From contig NZ_JABEMC010000004.1 of assembly GCF_013004595.1 (NCBI RefSeq), forward strand, positions 186,001 to 250,000: a DNA stretch of 64,000 bases. The letters are read 5' to 3'. This DNA is from Brevibacterium luteolum. Its GTDB lineage: Bacteria > Actinomycetota > Actinomycetes > Actinomycetales > Brevibacteriaceae. The notes under the pieces were generated by a model, which saw nothing but the letters and a program-made list of their open reading frames with translations, made no database searches and had not been told where the DNA came from. Shown here one piece after another: positions 1-10,909 of this stretch (its first letter is position 1; each line of letters begins with the position of its first letter). A program made the position numbers and the translations under genes.

Positions 1-154
1 CGCCTCGGTGCTGGCGGGCCGGAAGCTCGCTGACTTCTGCGGATGGCCGGCAACAGGCAGGTGAACTCCTCCTCAATTCTGTGCAGCCGACATGCCTGTG
101 GTGACGGGGGCGTAAGAACACGGCATAATTGATTGCCGACCAGAAAGGCGGAAG

Positions 155-2398
155 GTGAGCGAAGAGACCGAGATCAGCCACGAACAGCAGCACCTCAACA
201 CCGTCTACGCGCGTCTCGACGCGTTGCGTGAGGAGACCGCTGCCAGCCTTAACCACGTGCGCCGGACGCATGTCGGGGGCAACCACCAGAACCGTTCCGA
301 ACGCGATGCCTTCGCAAGCATGTATGAGGATCAGCTCATCCGCCTGCGCAATGCCGAAGAGGGGCTGTGCTTCGGCCGCATCGACACCGTCACCGGCGCC
401 ACAACCTACATCGGGCGCATCGGGATCTCCGCTCAGGACCGCACCCAGCTGCTGATGGACTGGCGGGCCCCGGCCAGCGAGCCGTTCTACCGCGCGACTG
501 CCGAGAACCCAGGTGACCTCACCCGCCGCCGGCACATCGCTACGCGACGCCGCCGAGTCATCAGCGTCGAGGACGATGTCCTCGACCTGTCGGCGCTCAG
601 TGCCCAGCAGCGCGCCGGGCTGCACGGCGAAGGCGCTCTCATCGCCTCCCTCGACGCCCATCGCACCGGCCGGATGGGCGACATCGTCGCAACTATCCAG
701 TCCGAACAGGACCGCATCATCCGCCGTCCCCTCGATCGGCTCGTGGTCGTACAGGGCGGACCGGGGACCGGCAAGACCGCAGTCGCGCTGCACCGCGCGG
801 CCTACCTGCTGTACCAGCACCGGGAGCGCATCGCAAAATCCGGTGTGCTGCTCATCGGGCCCTCGCCGGTATTCCTCAAGTACATCGAGCAGGTGCTGCC
901 CAGCCTCGGTGAGACCGGTGCCGTGCTGCTGACCCCCGGTCAGCTCATGCCCGAGGTCAACGCCACCGCCCACGACACCGCGCCAACGGCTGCGGTCAAG
1001 GGCGACCTGCGGATGGTTGAGGTCATCAAGCGGGCGGTGCGCGCCTACCAGCGGGTGCCCGACGAGCCGCAGCAGCTCAAGACGATCAGCCACACGATCA
1101 CCATGACCCCGGCGATGGTCAAGGAGGCCCAAGACCGGGCACGCCGCAGCGGCAAGCCGCACAACGGGGCGCGCCTGACCTTCGTCAAGCATCTGCTCAG
1201 CCTCCTCGCCGGAGCGCTGGCAGCTGCCAAGCACTACGAGCCCACGCCCGAGGTGCTCGCTGAGCTGACCGACGAGCTGCGCCGGGCCCGCGACGTGCGG
1301 GTGGCGATCAACCTGTGCTGGCTGCCGCTGAGCCCGCGCGGAGTGCTCGATGCCCTGCTGAGCAAGCCGCACCGGCTGGTGCCTGCCGCCGATGGGATCC
1401 TCCGTATCGAGGAGATGGCCCTCATCCGCCGTGCCCGCGGCGGGAAGATCACCGTTGAGGATGTGCCGCTGCTCGACGAGATCGCTGAGCTCATCGGGCC
1501 CAGCAGCGAGGTGCTCGAAGCCCAGGAGCAGGCCGGCACCCCGAATGCGGAGCTGGAGTACGCCCAGGCGGTCCTTGAGATGACCGGCACGGGTGACATG
1601 GTCTCAGCCGAGACGATCTCCCAGCGCTACCAGCAGGACACCGATGAGCGCACGCTGGCCGAACGGGCCGCGCAGGACCGGGAGTGGACCTACGGTCACC
1701 TCGTGGTCGACGAGGCGCAGGAGCTCAGCCCCATGCAGTGGCGGGTGCTGTTCCGGCGGGTGCCGAGCAAATCGGCGACAGTCGTCGGCGATCTTGCCCA
1801 GGCGTCGACGATGGATGCGACCCGCACCTGGTCCTCGGTGCTAGCCCCGCATGTCGGCGATCGCTTCGAGATGGAGGAGCTGACGGTCTCCTACCGGACG
1901 CCCGGACGCATCATGACGGTGGCCAACGAGCTGCTGCAGGAGTACTTCCCGCAGCTCTCCGTGCCTTCACCGGTGCGTGAGGGCACCTATGATCCGCTGG
2001 CTGAGGGCTTCGCCGACATCGAGTCGCTGTGCCGTCAGCTGCCGGAGATCGTACGCAGCGAACGCGCCGAACTCGGCGGCGGCCAGCTGGCTGTCATCGC
2101 GATGCCTGAGCACGTCGATCGTGTCGTGGCGGCGCTGGCATCTGATCCTGATGTCGACTTCGCTGCAGGTCCCGCCGGCATCGATCACGCCGTCGCGGTC
2201 CTCGATCCCAGTGAGGTCCGGGGCCTCGAATTCGACAGCGTCATCATCGTCGATCCGGCCTCGATCGCCCCTGCCGGCAGTGCGGCAGGAGTCGGGCAGC
2301 TGTATGTGTCGCTGACCCGTTCGACGGCACGGCTGAGGATCCTCAGCATCGGCGATTCGGTCCTCGCACCGTTCATCGCAGCAGCGGACCGCACATAA
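155..2398 (+). CDS. helD: HelD-family RNA polymerase recycling ATPase (UvrD/SF1-like)
   Basis: 747 aa; FGRID, YIGRIG, DWRAP, IVATIQSEQDRIIR, Walker A GGPGTGKT, ALHRAAYLLY, DEAQE, RGLEFD, LYVSLTR; SD-like AGAAAGG before GTG. Confidence 0.88.
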   Translation: MSEETEISHEQQHLNTVYARLDALREETAASLNHVRRTHVGGNHQNRSERDAFASMYEDQLIRLRNAEEGLCFGRIDTVTGATTYIGRIGISAQDRTQLLMDWRAPASEPFYRATAENPGDLTRRRHIATRRRRVISVEDDVLDLSALSAQQRAGLHGEGALIASLDAHRTGRMGDIVATIQSEQDRIIRRPLDRLVVVQGGPGTGKTAVALHRAAYLLYQHRERIAKSGVLLIGPSPVFLKYIEQVLPSLGETGAVLLTPGQLMPEVNATAHDTAPTAAVKGDLRMVEVIKRAVRAYQRVPDEPQQLKTISHTITMTPAMVKEAQDRARRSGKPHNGARLTFVKHLLSLLAGALAAAKHYEPTPEVLAELTDELRRARDVRVAINLCWLPLSPRGVLDALLSKPHRLVPAADGILRIEEMALIRRARGGKITVEDVPLLDEIAELIGPSSEVLEAQEQAGTPNAELEYAQAVLEMTGTGDMVSAETISQRYQQDTDERTLAERAAQDREWTYGHLVVDEAQELSPMQWRVLFRRVPSKSATVVGDLAQASTMDATRTWSSVLAPHVGDRFEMEELTVSYRTPGRIMTVANELLQEYFPQLSVPSPVREGTYDPLAEGFADIESLCRQLPEIVRSERAELGGGQLAVIAMPEHVDRVVAALASDPDVDFAAGPAGIDHAVAVLDPSEVRGLEFDSVIIVDPASIAPAGSAAGVGQLYVSLTRSTARLRILSIGDSVLAPFIAAADRT

Positions 2399-2407
2399 GA
2401 TCCGTTC

Positions 2408-2449
2408 GCGCCTCGGCAGCCTCATCGGCTGCTGAGGCGCTCGATCTTT
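2408..2449 (+). terminator. Probable intrinsic terminator of helD
   Basis: 14-bp stem gcgcctcggcagcc/ggctgctgaggcgc (one G-U on + strand) about 10 nt after the stop, followed by tcgatcttt. Confidence 0.65.
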
Positions 2450-2454
2450 GGGGC

Positions 2455-2522
2455 AAATTAAAAGCCGCCCGTGGCGTCGGCTTCCCCTCCGATGCCACAG
2501 GCGGCGTGCGCCTTGGGCGCAC
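2455..2522 (-). ncRNA. Candidate ~65-nt two-hairpin small RNA (alternatively the terminator of the nrdR transcript)
   Basis: Minus strand: -10-like TAAGAT (2533-2528), hairpin GUGCGCC-caa-GGCGCAC, 17-bp stem with loop AGGGGAAG, then UUUUAAUUU. Confidence 0.45.
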
Positions 2523-2607
2523 GTTTTATCTTACACTTACTTCTGGTCGTTTCACGAACCGGATCCAGCTTCTTCTCACAATTCGTTCAGCCGGGTGAGC
2601 GGGATGC

Positions 2608-3066
2608 TCATGCTTCTTCGTCGCGCTCGGCGCGCAGCGATTCGATCGCGGCTTCGAAGTCCTCCAACGAGTCGAAGCTCTGGTAGACGCTGGCGAATCG
2701 CAGGTAGGCGACCTGGTCGAGTTCGCGCAGCGGTTCCAGGATCGCCAGGCCGACCTCGTCGGCCTCGATCTCGGCGATGCCCTGGGAGCGGATCTTCTCC
2801 TCGACCTGCTGGGCGAGTTTGGCCAGATCGTCCTCCCCGACCGGTCGGCCCTGGCATGCTTTGCGCACACCGGCAACGACTTTCTGCCGGGAGAACTCCT
2901 CGGACACGCCTGAGCGCTTGACGACCGACAGGCTGGTGGTTTCCATGGTGGTGAACCGGCGGGAGCACTGCGGGCACTGACGGCGACGGCGGATCGACGA
3001 GCCGTCCTCAGCCGTGCGCGAGTCGACGACGCGTGAGTCAGGGTGGCGGCAGAACGGGCAGTGCAT
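2608..3066 (-). CDS. nrdR: Transcriptional repressor NrdR
   Basis: [15 protein letters not shown] zinc ribbon, ATP-cone, [15 protein letters not shown] overlap with hisD stop. Confidence 0.97.
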   Translation of the reverse strand: MHCPFCRHPDSRVVDSRTAEDGSSIRRRRQCPQCSRRFTTMETTSLSVVKRSGVSEEFSRQKVVAGVRKACQGRPVGEDDLAKLAQQVEEKIRSQGIAEIEADEVGLAILEPLRELDQVAYLRFASVYQSFDSLEDFEAAIESLRAERDEEA

Positions 3067-4406
3067 CAGGCCTCCATTCCCGGCTTGCCGCGGCGCAGCC
3101 GGACGGCCTCGCCGTGGGCGAGCAGGTCTTCTGCGGCTGCCAGCGTTTCGATGTGGTCGGCGACCTCGGCCAGTGCCGCAGCTGGGTAGTCGATGATCTG
3201 GCTTCCCTTGAGGAAGGACTGCACGCCGAGTGCTGAGGCGTAGGCGGCGGTTCCGCTGGTGGGCAGCACGTGGTTCGACCCGGCGCAGTAGTCGCCGAGG
3301 GCCACCGGTGAGAACGGGCCGATGAACACAGCACCGGCGTTGGTGATCTGCTCGGCTGCTGCCTGCGGGTCGCTGACGAGCACTTCGACATGCTCACCAG
3401 CGTAGGCGTTGACGACGGCCAGCCCGGCCTGCCGGGAGGCGACCTTGAGGATCGCGGACTGCTCCCCGGAAAGTGCGGTGCGGATGCGTTCGGAATGCGC
3501 AGCAGCAGCTGCCTGGCGCGCGATCTCCTGCTGCACGGCGTCGATGAGGTCCTGGCTCTCGGTGACGAGCACGGAGGCGGCCATCGGGTCGTGTTCGGCC
3601 TGGCTGATGAGATCGGCTGCCACAAGTGCTGGGTCTGCGGTGTCGTCGGCGAGGATGATGATCTCAGTCGGGCCGGCGATCGTGTCGATGCCGACGACTG
3701 AGCGCACCCGTGCCTTGGCGGCTGCGACGAAGGCGTTGCCGGGTCCGGTGATGAGGTCGACCGGTTCGAGTTCTTCGCCGTCGTCGAATCCGTGGGCCAG
3801 TGCGGCGACAGACTGGGCGCCTCCCATGGCCCACACCTCGTCGATGCCGAGCAGGGCGGCAGCGGCGAGCACTGTCGGGTGGGGCAGGCCGTTGGCCTGC
3901 GGGGGCGAGACAATGGCGATCGAGTCGACGCCGGCGGCCTGGGCGGGAACAGCGTTCATGATGACGGTCGAGGGGTAGACGGCCAGCCCCCCGGGGACGT
4001 AGAGGCCGACGCGTTCGACCGGCAGCCAGCGCGATGTCACGGAGCCGCCGCCGGAGAATGTCGTCGTGGCTGAGGAACGCCGATCGTTCTCAGCGACTTC
4101 CCGGCAGCGGCGGATGGTCTCCTCCAGTGCTGCGCGCAGTCCGGCATCGAGGTTCTCGCAGGCAGCGGTGAGCTCCTCGGCGGGCACGCGCAGCAGGTCC
4201 GGGCTGACGGAGTCGAACTTCTGTGTGTACTCCAGCACGGCAGCGCGGCCGCGGGTCTCGACGTCGTCGACGATCGGGATGACCGCCTCGGCTGCGGAGG
4301 CTGAATCGAGGCGGGCACGCGGCACGGACCGGCGCAGCGTGCGGCGGTCGAGCGGCGTGTCGGTGAGGTCGAGGACATTCATGAGCGCGTGAGTCACGCG
4401 CTCCAT
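3066..4406 (-). CDS. hisD: Histidinol dehydrogenase
   Basis: [44 protein letters not shown]; exact start uncertain (4406 or 4382). Confidence 0.96.
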   Translation of the reverse strand: MERVTHALMNVLDLTDTPLDRRTLRRSVPRARLDSASAAEAVIPIVDDVETRGRAAVLEYTQKFDSVSPDLLRVPAEELTAACENLDAGLRAALEETIRRCREVAENDRRSSATTTFSGGGSVTSRWLPVERVGLYVPGGLAVYPSTVIMNAVPAQAAGVDSIAIVSPPQANGLPHPTVLAAAALLGIDEVWAMGGAQSVAALAHGFDDGEELEPVDLITGPGNAFVAAAKARVRSVVGIDTIAGPTEIIILADDTADPALVAADLISQAEHDPMAASVLVTESQDLIDAVQQEIARQAAAAAHSERIRTALSGEQSAILKVASRQAGLAVVNAYAGEHVEVLVSDPQAAAEQITNAGAVFIGPFSPVALGDYCAGSNHVLPTSGTAAYASALGVQSFLKGSQIIDYPAAALAEVADHIETLAAAEDLLAHGEAVRLRRGKPGMEA

Positions 4407-4473
4407 TCTACGTCCTCTGCTTTCCTGCCGTCCGGTGCCCCAAGCTGCGAGAAGGTGCGGCCGCTGCTGTCGA

Positions 4474-7400
4474 TCAGAAGATCGACGTGGTTGCTGGGGT
4501 GGTGAGGCAGCTGGGTCCGAGCAGGCCCTTGAGATCGCCGAACAGGCTCGGGTCTGCTGTCACCCGCAGGCCGCGGTCGAGACGCATGATCGTCGTGCGG
4601 TCGCGGTTCGTCAGGCACAGCCGCACCTCGGTCTGTCCGGGGTTGGCCTGCAGGATCATCTTGAGGTTCTCGACGAGGTCCGGTGTGCAGCGTTCGACCG
4701 GCATCGACACGTACAGCGGCCGGTCGGCGCGGTCGGTGACGTCCGGGATCGTCATCGACATCGCCATGAGCGAGGTCGGCCGGTCATCGGAGCGGCGGAT
4801 GCGGCCGGTGACGGTGATGACGAGGTCATTGGTCAGCAGGGTGGCCACCGGCTCGTAGGTGTCGCCGAAGAACATCACCTCCATGCTCGCTTCGAGGTCT
4901 TCGATCGTGACGATCGCGTACGGGCGACCGGAGTTCTTCGAGACCTTCCGCGAGACCTGGGTGATCATGCCGCAGATCTTTGTCTGGGATCCATCCTGGC
5001 GCTTATTCTCCGGGTCGAGCAGCTGCGCGATCGAACCCTCGGATTCTGACTGCAGGATGTCCTCGAGCCCGTTGAGCGGATGGTCGGAGACGTAGAGACC
5101 GAGCATCTCGCGCTCGAAGGCCAGCAGCTCCTTCTTCTCCCACTCGGTGCGCTCGGGGATCTTGACGGCAAAGCTCGACTCGTCCTCTTCGCCGAGGCCG
5201 GCGAACAGGTCGAACTGGCCTGCGGCCTCCTGGCGCTTGACGCCGATGACAGCATCGACTGCTTCTTCGTGGATCTCAACAAGGCTGCGCCGGTTGTGGT
5301 CGAGGGAGTCGAAAGCGCCGGCCTTGATGAGCGATTCGATGGTGCGCTTGTTGCACACCTGGCTGGGCACCTTGTCGAGGAAGTCGTTGAAGGAGGTGAA
5401 CTTCCCCTTCTCCTGCCGGGCGTCGACGATGCCTTGGACAACGTTGGTGCCGACATTGCGGACTGCTCCCATGCCGAAGCGGATGTCGTCGCCGACTGGG
5501 GTGAAGTTGTTGGCTGATTCGTTGACGTCCGGTGGCAGCACGGTGATGTGCATGCGCCGGCACTCGCTGAGGTAGAGAGCCAGCTTGTCCTTGTTGTCCC
5601 CGACTGAGGTCAGCAGGGCTGCCATGTACTCGGCCGGGTAGTGGGCCTTGAGGTAGGCCGTCCAGTAGGACACGAGCCCGTAGGCGGCCGAGTGGGCCTT
5701 GTTGAAGGCGTAGTCGGAGAAGGGCAGCAGGATGTCCCACAGTGCTTGCGCAGCCTCTTCGGAGTAGCCGCGTTCCTTCATGCCGCCGAAGAACCCGACC
5801 TGCTGCTTGTCCAGCTCGGCTTTCTTCTTCTTGCCCATCGCGCGACGCAGAATGTCTGCCTGACCGAGTGAGTAGCCGGCCACCTTCTGCGCGATCGCCA
5901 TCACCTGCTCCTGATAGATGATGAGGCCGTAGGTGGTGTCGAGGATCTCGGCCAGCGGTTCGGCGAGCTCAGGGTGGATCGGAGTGATCTCCTGCAGGCC
6001 GTTCTTGCGCAGCGCGAAGTTCGTGTGCGAGTCGGCACCCATCGGGCCGGGACGGTACAGCGCGATCGTTGCGGAGATGTCTTCGAAGTTGTCCGGGCGC
6101 ATCATGCGCAGCAGGCCGCGCAGTCCACCGCCGTCGAGCTGGAAGACTCCCAGCGTGTCACCACGGGAGAGCAGCTTGTACGACTCCGCATCGTCAAGGG
6201 CCAGATGTTCGAGGTCGAGATCGAAGTCCTTGTTCAGCCGGATGTTCTCGATCGCATCGGAGATGATCGTGAGGTTGCGCAGGCCGAGGAAGTCCATCTT
6301 GATGAGGCCGAGGCCCTCACAGGTGGGGTAGTCGAACTGCGTAATGACCTGGCCGTCCTGGAACCGGCGCATGATCGGGATGACGTCGATGATCGGGTCA
6401 GAGGACATGATGACCCCGGCGGCGTGCACGCCCCACCCGCGCTTGAGGCCTTCAAGGCCCTTGGCGGTCTCGAAGGTCTCCCGCGCCTCGGGGTCGGTTT
6501 CCAGCAGTTCGCGGAACTCCCCTGCCTCGCCGTAGCGCGGTGCTTTGGGCTCTTCGATATCGGCCAGCGGGATGTCCTTGGCCATGACTGCCGGTGGCAG
6601 CGCCTTCGTCAGCTTCTCGCCGAGGGAGAACGGCTTGCCCATGATGCGGGCGGAGTCCTTGAGCGCCTGCTTGGTCTTGATGGTGCCGTAGGTGACGATC
6701 ATTGCTACGCGCTCGTCGCCGTACTTCTCGGTGACGTAGTCGATGACTTCGCCGCGGCGGCGATCATCGAAGTCGACGTCGAAGTCGGGCATCGACACAC
6801 GGTCGGGGTTGAGGAACCGCTCGAAGATCAGTCCGTGCTCCAGCGGGTCGAGGTCGGTGATGCGCAGGGCGTAGGCGACCATCGAACCGGCACCCGAACC
6901 GCGGCCGGGGCCCACGCGGATGCCGTTCTCCTTCGACCAGTTGATGAAGTCGGCGACGACGAGGAAGTAGCCGGGGAAGCCCATCGAGATGATGACGTCG
7001 AGCTCGTAGTCGGCCTGTTTGCGCACATCGTCGGAGATGCCGTTGGGGTAGCGGTAGTGCAGGCCCTTCTCGACTTCCTTGACCAGCCATGAGGTCTCGT
7101 CCTCACCGGGCGGGCAGGGGAACTGGGGCATGTAGTTGGCGCTGGTGTCGAAGGAGATCTCGCAGCGTTCGGCGATCTCGAGGGTGTTGTTGCACGCCTC
7201 GGGCATCTCCTTGAACAGTGCGCGCATCTCCGCTGGCGTCTTGAGGTAGTAGCCGGAGCCGGAGAAGGCGAAGCGGCTGCCGCCCTGGTCGTAGGTCGGT
7301 TCGATGAGCTTCGAACCCGACTGCAGGGCCAGCAGCGCTTCGTGGGCCTTGGCGTCGGATTCGTGGGTGTAGTGCAGGTCGTTGGTGGCCACCAGCGGCA

Positions 7401-8046
7401 GGCCGAGATCCTTCGACAGGCGCAGCAGATCCTTGACCACACGGCGCTCGATCGTCAGGCCGTGGTCCATGATCTCGCAATAGTAGTTGTCCTTGCCGAA
7501 GATGTCGCGGAACTCCGATGCGGCCTTGACGGCTTCGTCGTACTGGCCCAGCCGCAGTCGCGTCTGCACCTCGCCTGAGGGGCAGCCGGTGGTGGCGATG
7601 AGGCCCTCGGAGTAGGTGTTGAGCAGTTCGCGGTCCAGGCGCGGGTACTTGGCGAATGCGGAGTCGAGGCTGGCCAGCGAGGAGGCCTTGAAGAGGTTGC
7701 GCATGCCGGTGTTGTTCTCCGCCAGCAGCGTCTTGTGCGTGTAGGCGCCGCCGCCGGAAACGTCGTCGCCGCGCTGGCTCTCATCGGTGCGCCACTTCAC
7801 ACGGGTCTTGTCGGTGCGTGCGGTGCCGGGAGTCAGGTACGCCTCGACGCCGATGATCGGCTTGATGCCGGCGTCGGTGGCCTGCTTCCAGAAGTCGAAG
7901 GCGCCGAAGAGGTAGCCGTGGTCGGTGGTGGCGATGGCGTTCATCCCCGAGGCCCTCGTCGCCTGCATCAGGTCGCCCAGGCGGGCGGCTCCATCGAGCA
8001 TCGAGTACTCGGTGTGCACGTGCAGATGTACGAAATCCTCAGCCAC
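4474..8046 (-). CDS. dnaE: DNA polymerase III alpha subunit
   Basis: FVHLHVHTEYSMLDG PHP domain, GPGRGSGAGS, MPDFDVDF, KMDFLGL, YAFNKAH; 1190 aa, no intein-sized insertion. Confidence 0.98.
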   Translation of the reverse strand: MAEDFVHLHVHTEYSMLDGAARLGDLMQATRASGMNAIATTDHGYLFGAFDFWKQATDAGIKPIIGVEAYLTPGTARTDKTRVKWRTDESQRGDDVSGGGAYTHKTLLAENNTGMRNLFKASSLASLDSAFAKYPRLDRELLNTYSEGLIATTGCPSGEVQTRLRLGQYDEAVKAASEFRDIFGKDNYYCEIMDHGLTIERRVVKDLLRLSKDLGLPLVATNDLHYTHESDAKAHEALLALQSGSKLIEPTYDQGGSRFAFSGSGYYLKTPAEMRALFKEMPEACNNTLEIAERCEISFDTSANYMPQFPCPPGEDETSWLVKEVEKGLHYRYPNGISDDVRKQADYELDVIISMGFPGYFLVVADFINWSKENGIRVGPGRGSGAGSMVAYALRITDLDPLEHGLIFERFLNPDRVSMPDFDVDFDDRRRGEVIDYVTEKYGDERVAMIVTYGTIKTKQALKDSARIMGKPFSLGEKLTKALPPAVMAKDIPLADIEEPKAPRYGEAGEFRELLETDPEARETFETAKGLEGLKRGWGVHAAGVIMSSDPIIDVIPIMRRFQDGQVITQFDYPTCEGLGLIKMDFLGLRNLTIISDAIENIRLNKDFDLDLEHLALDDAESYKLLSRGDTLGVFQLDGGGLRGLLRMMRPDNFEDISATIALYRPGPMGADSHTNFALRKNGLQEITPIHPELAEPLAEILDTTYGLIIYQEQVMAIAQKVAGYSLGQADILRRAMGKKKKAELDKQQVGFFGGMKERGYSEEAAQALWDILLPFSDYAFNKAHSAAYGLVSYWTAYLKAHYPAEYMAALLTSVGDNKDKLALYLSECRRMHITVLPPDVNESANNFTPVGDDIRFGMGAVRNVGTNVVQGIVDARQEKGKFTSFNDFLDKVPSQVCNKRTIESLIKAGAFDSLDHNRRSLVEIHEEAVDAVIGVKRQEAAGQFDLFAGLGEEDESSFAVKIPERTEWEKKELLAFEREMLGLYVSDHPLNGLEDILQSESEGSIAQLLDPENKRQDGSQTKICGMITQVSRKVSKNSGRPYAIVTIEDLEASMEVMFFGDTYEPVATLLTNDLVITVTGRIRRSDDRPTSLMAMSMTIPDVTDRADRPLYVSMPVERCTPDLVENLKMILQANPGQTEVRLCLTNRDRTTIMRLDRGLRVTADPSLFGDLKGLLGPSCLTTPATTSIF

Positions 8047-8149
8047 GGATCCTCTTTCTCACAGTCGGCATGTCCCGCTCCCGGCGACTCACACCAGTCT
8101 ATCGATCGTCACGGACATCGCGGCTGTGAGATGGGCCCGTTTCGCTCGT

Positions 8150-9079
8150 TCACCCCTGGGCGACGCGCAACAGGTCGAGCGCGGTCTGCAGATCTTCCGG
8201 ATAGTCGCTGGTGAACTCGACCCACTCCCCTGTCTCGGGGTGGGTGAACCCGAGTTCGACAGCGTGCAGCCACTGGCGTTCGAGTCCGAGCTTCTTCGCC
8301 AGCACCGGGTCGGCGCCGTAGGGCAGGTCACCGCAGCATGGGTGCTTGGTGGCGGCCATGTGGACGCGGATCTGGTGGGTGCGGCCGGTCTCCAACTGGA
8401 CTTCGAGCAGGGTTGCCGAGCGGTACGCTTCGATGACTTCGTAGTGGGTCACGGCGTGTTTGCCGTCGGTGCGCACGGCGTAGAGCCCGTCGCGGCGCAG
8501 GTTGCGTCCGATCGGCGCTTCGATCGTGCCGATGACAGGATCGGGAAGTCCCTGGACGAGCGCGTGGTAGGTCTTCTTGACGGTGCGCTGCTTGAACGCC
8601 CGCTTAAGCACGGAGTAGGCGTGTTCGCCTTTGGCCACGACCATGACACCGGAGGTGCCGACGTCGAGGCGGTGGACGATGCCCTGGCGTTCGGCCGCGC
8701 CCGAGGTGGCGATGTCGTATCCGGCGGCGACGAGACCGCCGATGGCGGTCGGGCCGTGCCATCCTGCCGCTGAGTGGGCGGCGACACCGATCGGCTTGTC
8801 GATGACGACGAACGCGTCGTCATCGTAGATGATCTTCATGCCCGGCACCGGTTCGGCGTCGATGCCCAGCGGTTCGGGCTCGGCTGGCATCTGCACGTCG
8901 ATGCGGGAGCCGGCGATGAGGCGCTCGGACTTGCCGACGACGGTGTCGTTGACGCGCACGCCGTCATCGGCGGCGATGGCAGCTGCTGCCGACCGGGACA
9001 GGCCGAGCAGCCGGCTGAGGGCCACATCGACCCGTTCGCCTTCGAGACCTTCGGGAACGAGGAATGATCGCTCGGTCAT
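8150..9079 (-). CDS. rluD: RluA-family 23S rRNA pseudouridine synthase (RluD-like)
   Basis: S4-like N-terminus, [27 protein letters not shown] at 9079 overlaps lspA stop (ATGA). Confidence 0.92.
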   Translation of the reverse strand: MTERSFLVPEGLEGERVDVALSRLLGLSRSAAAAIAADDGVRVNDTVVGKSERLIAGSRIDVQMPAEPEPLGIDAEPVPGMKIIYDDDAFVVIDKPIGVAAHSAAGWHGPTAIGGLVAAGYDIATSGAAERQGIVHRLDVGTSGVMVVAKGEHAYSVLKRAFKQRTVKKTYHALVQGLPDPVIGTIEAPIGRNLRRDGLYAVRTDGKHAVTHYEVIEAYRSATLLEVQLETGRTHQIRVHMAATKHPCCGDLPYGADPVLAKKLGLERQWLHAVELGFTHPETGEWVEFTSDYPEDLQTALDLLRVAQG

Positions 9080-9630
9080 GGCTGCGCTCGCGCCTCCTCT
9101 GTAGGGGTGTCGTAGTCGCCGCCGGATGACTGGTCGTCTCCGGCGGCGGTGCCGTCGACGCCGATGTTGCGCAGGGTCGTGAGCACGATGGTCACAGCGG
9201 CAGCCGAGATTGCGATGTCGGCGACGTTGCAGACGAAGAAGTACAGGTCGATGAAGTCGACGACGGCGCCGTGGAAGAAGCCCGGTGGCCGAAACAGCCG
9301 GTCGACGAGGTTTCCGGTCAGGCCGCCGAGCAGCATTCCCAGGCCGGCCGTCCATGCGCGGGAGCCGAGCTTGCGGCTGACGACGAGGATGGCGATGAAG
9401 ACGCCGATGGCGATGAGAGCGAACAGCCAGGTGGTGTTCTCTCCCATGCCGAGGGCGGCACCGGGATTGCGGTAGAACGTGAAGCCGGCGAGTTCGCCGA
9501 TGACCGGGATGCGCTCACGGCCTTCGAGGGTCTGAACGGCGATGAATTTCGTCAGCTGGTCGACGGCGAGCACGGCGATGGCGATGGCGAACAGCACGAT
9601 GCGCAGACGTCGGTTGCTCGTCTGCGGCAC
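9076..9630 (-). CDS. lspA: Lipoprotein signal peptidase II
   Basis: [36 protein letters not shown] at 9630 preceded by GAGGAGG. Confidence 0.95.
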   Translation of the reverse strand: MPQTSNRRLRIVLFAIAIAVLAVDQLTKFIAVQTLEGRERIPVIGELAGFTFYRNPGAALGMGENTTWLFALIAIGVFIAILVVSRKLGSRAWTAGLGMLLGGLTGNLVDRLFRPPGFFHGAVVDFIDLYFFVCNVADIAISAAAVTIVLTTLRNIGVDGTAAGDDQSSGGDYDTPTEEARAQP

Positions 9631-9700
9631 GGGTGTCCTCCTCGGTTCGGCGATACAGCTGTCCATCATACCGATGACCGGCAGCTTCGCACACACGCGC

Positions 9701-9732
9701 AACGGCCGGCCGCCTCATGGCGGCCGGCCGTT
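9701..9732 (-). terminator. Hairpin/terminator downstream of divIVA
   Basis: Perfect 14-bp inverted repeat aacggccggccgcc-tcat-ggcggccggccgtt. Confidence 0.7.
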
Positions 9733-9778
9733 CCGGCTGGACCTTGTGACTCAGCGTGGGTGAGTCATCTCAGGTGCC

Positions 9779-10645
9779 TCAGATCGAGTGACCCGGCTGC
9801 TGGTTGCCGCCGAGGGTCTCCGGTGCCAGCGATCCGGAGTTCTCCAGTTCGCGCAGCTGATCGGTGAGGTAGCTCTTGAGGCGGGTGCGGTACTGGCGCT
9901 CGAAGTTCTGCAGTCCGTCGATCTCGCGCTCGAGGCTGGTCTTTTGGCTCTCCAGGGTGCTGAGGGTGTCGTCGCGCTTCTTCTCAGCGTCCTTGACGAT
10001 CTGGTCGGCTTCGGCGCGGGCCTCGGAGATGAGCTTGTCGCGGATGCGCTCACCTTCGGCGACGTGCTCGTCGTGCAGGCGCTGGGCCAGCGAGATGAGG
10101 CCGTGGGCGTCCTGGTCGCCTCCGCCTGCTCCACCGGCGACAGCACCGACAGCGGCACCGGTTCCGGCTGCAGCGGCGTTGGAGCCGAAGCCGTTGGTGG
10201 CAGCGCCCTGCTGGGTCTGCTGCGGCTTCTCCTCAGCCTGCTCGCGCGATTCGTCTGCCGACTGCTGCGGGGCGACCAGCGGCGAGGCGGCCTGCTCCTT
10301 CTTCTCCTCGGCAGGGGTCTCCTTGACGTCCTGCTCCAAAACAGCGGCGGGCATCGCCTGGGTTGCCTGCGGATCCTCAGCGGTCTGCTGGGCGGCCGGC
10401 TGCGATCCGATCGTCTGGGCGCCGGTCTGCTCGGTGCCTGCAGCACCCTGTCCCTGGCTCAGCTCCTGGTTGCGCTGCTCGCACGCCGAGAGCTTCTGAC
10501 GCAGCTCGTCGTTCTCCTGGTAGAGGCGACGGAGTTCGAGGACGACTTCGTCGAGGAAGTCATCGACTTCCTCCTGGTCGTATCCTTCGCGGAACTTCAC
10601 GTGCTGGAACCGCTTATTGACAACATCTTGAGGCGTAAGCGCCAT
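9779..10645 (-). CDS. divIVA: DivIVA/Wag31 polar growth scaffold
   Basis: MALTPQDVVNKRF...GYDQEEVDDFLD DivIVA domain; C-terminal coiled coil FERQYRTRLKSYL. Confidence 0.95.
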   Translation of the reverse strand: MALTPQDVVNKRFQHVKFREGYDQEEVDDFLDEVVLELRRLYQENDELRQKLSACEQRNQELSQGQGAAGTEQTGAQTIGSQPAAQQTAEDPQATQAMPAAVLEQDVKETPAEEKKEQAASPLVAPQQSADESREQAEEKPQQTQQGAATNGFGSNAAAAGTGAAVGAVAGGAGGGDQDAHGLISLAQRLHDEHVAEGERIRDKLISEARAEADQIVKDAEKKRDDTLSTLESQKTSLEREIDGLQNFERQYRTRLKSYLTDQLRELENSGSLAPETLGGNQQPGHSI

Positions 10646-10909
10646 GAGGCCACCTTCGATCGGAAATCGTCTTTACTCTACTGTTATACAACAGATGTCG
10701 ATGCCACTGTACAGCAACGCCAGCTTATTTGTCGTGCAGGCTTTGCCATGATTCGCATCATAATACGCCTTGTGCTTAAGTCGGGTCTCTACCCCGGGCG
10801 CGGCGCGGAATCCATCACCTGCTCGATATTGCAGTTCTGTCATATTCACCCGAGGCGAATACCTGCATTCACAAACCGGCGGCTGATTTCACGACTGTGA
10901 AAGGGAATG

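Noticed and set aside
2..64. Possible 3' end of an upstream + strand gene (ASVLAGRKLADFCGWPATGR-stop)
   Set aside because: Too short to assign or support
1..154. Rifamycin-associated element upstream of helD (would suggest HelR)
   Set aside because: No matching 19-bp inverted repeat is visible in the available upstream sequence
4474..8046. Intein or split in DnaE
   Set aside because: Normal length and continuous motifs
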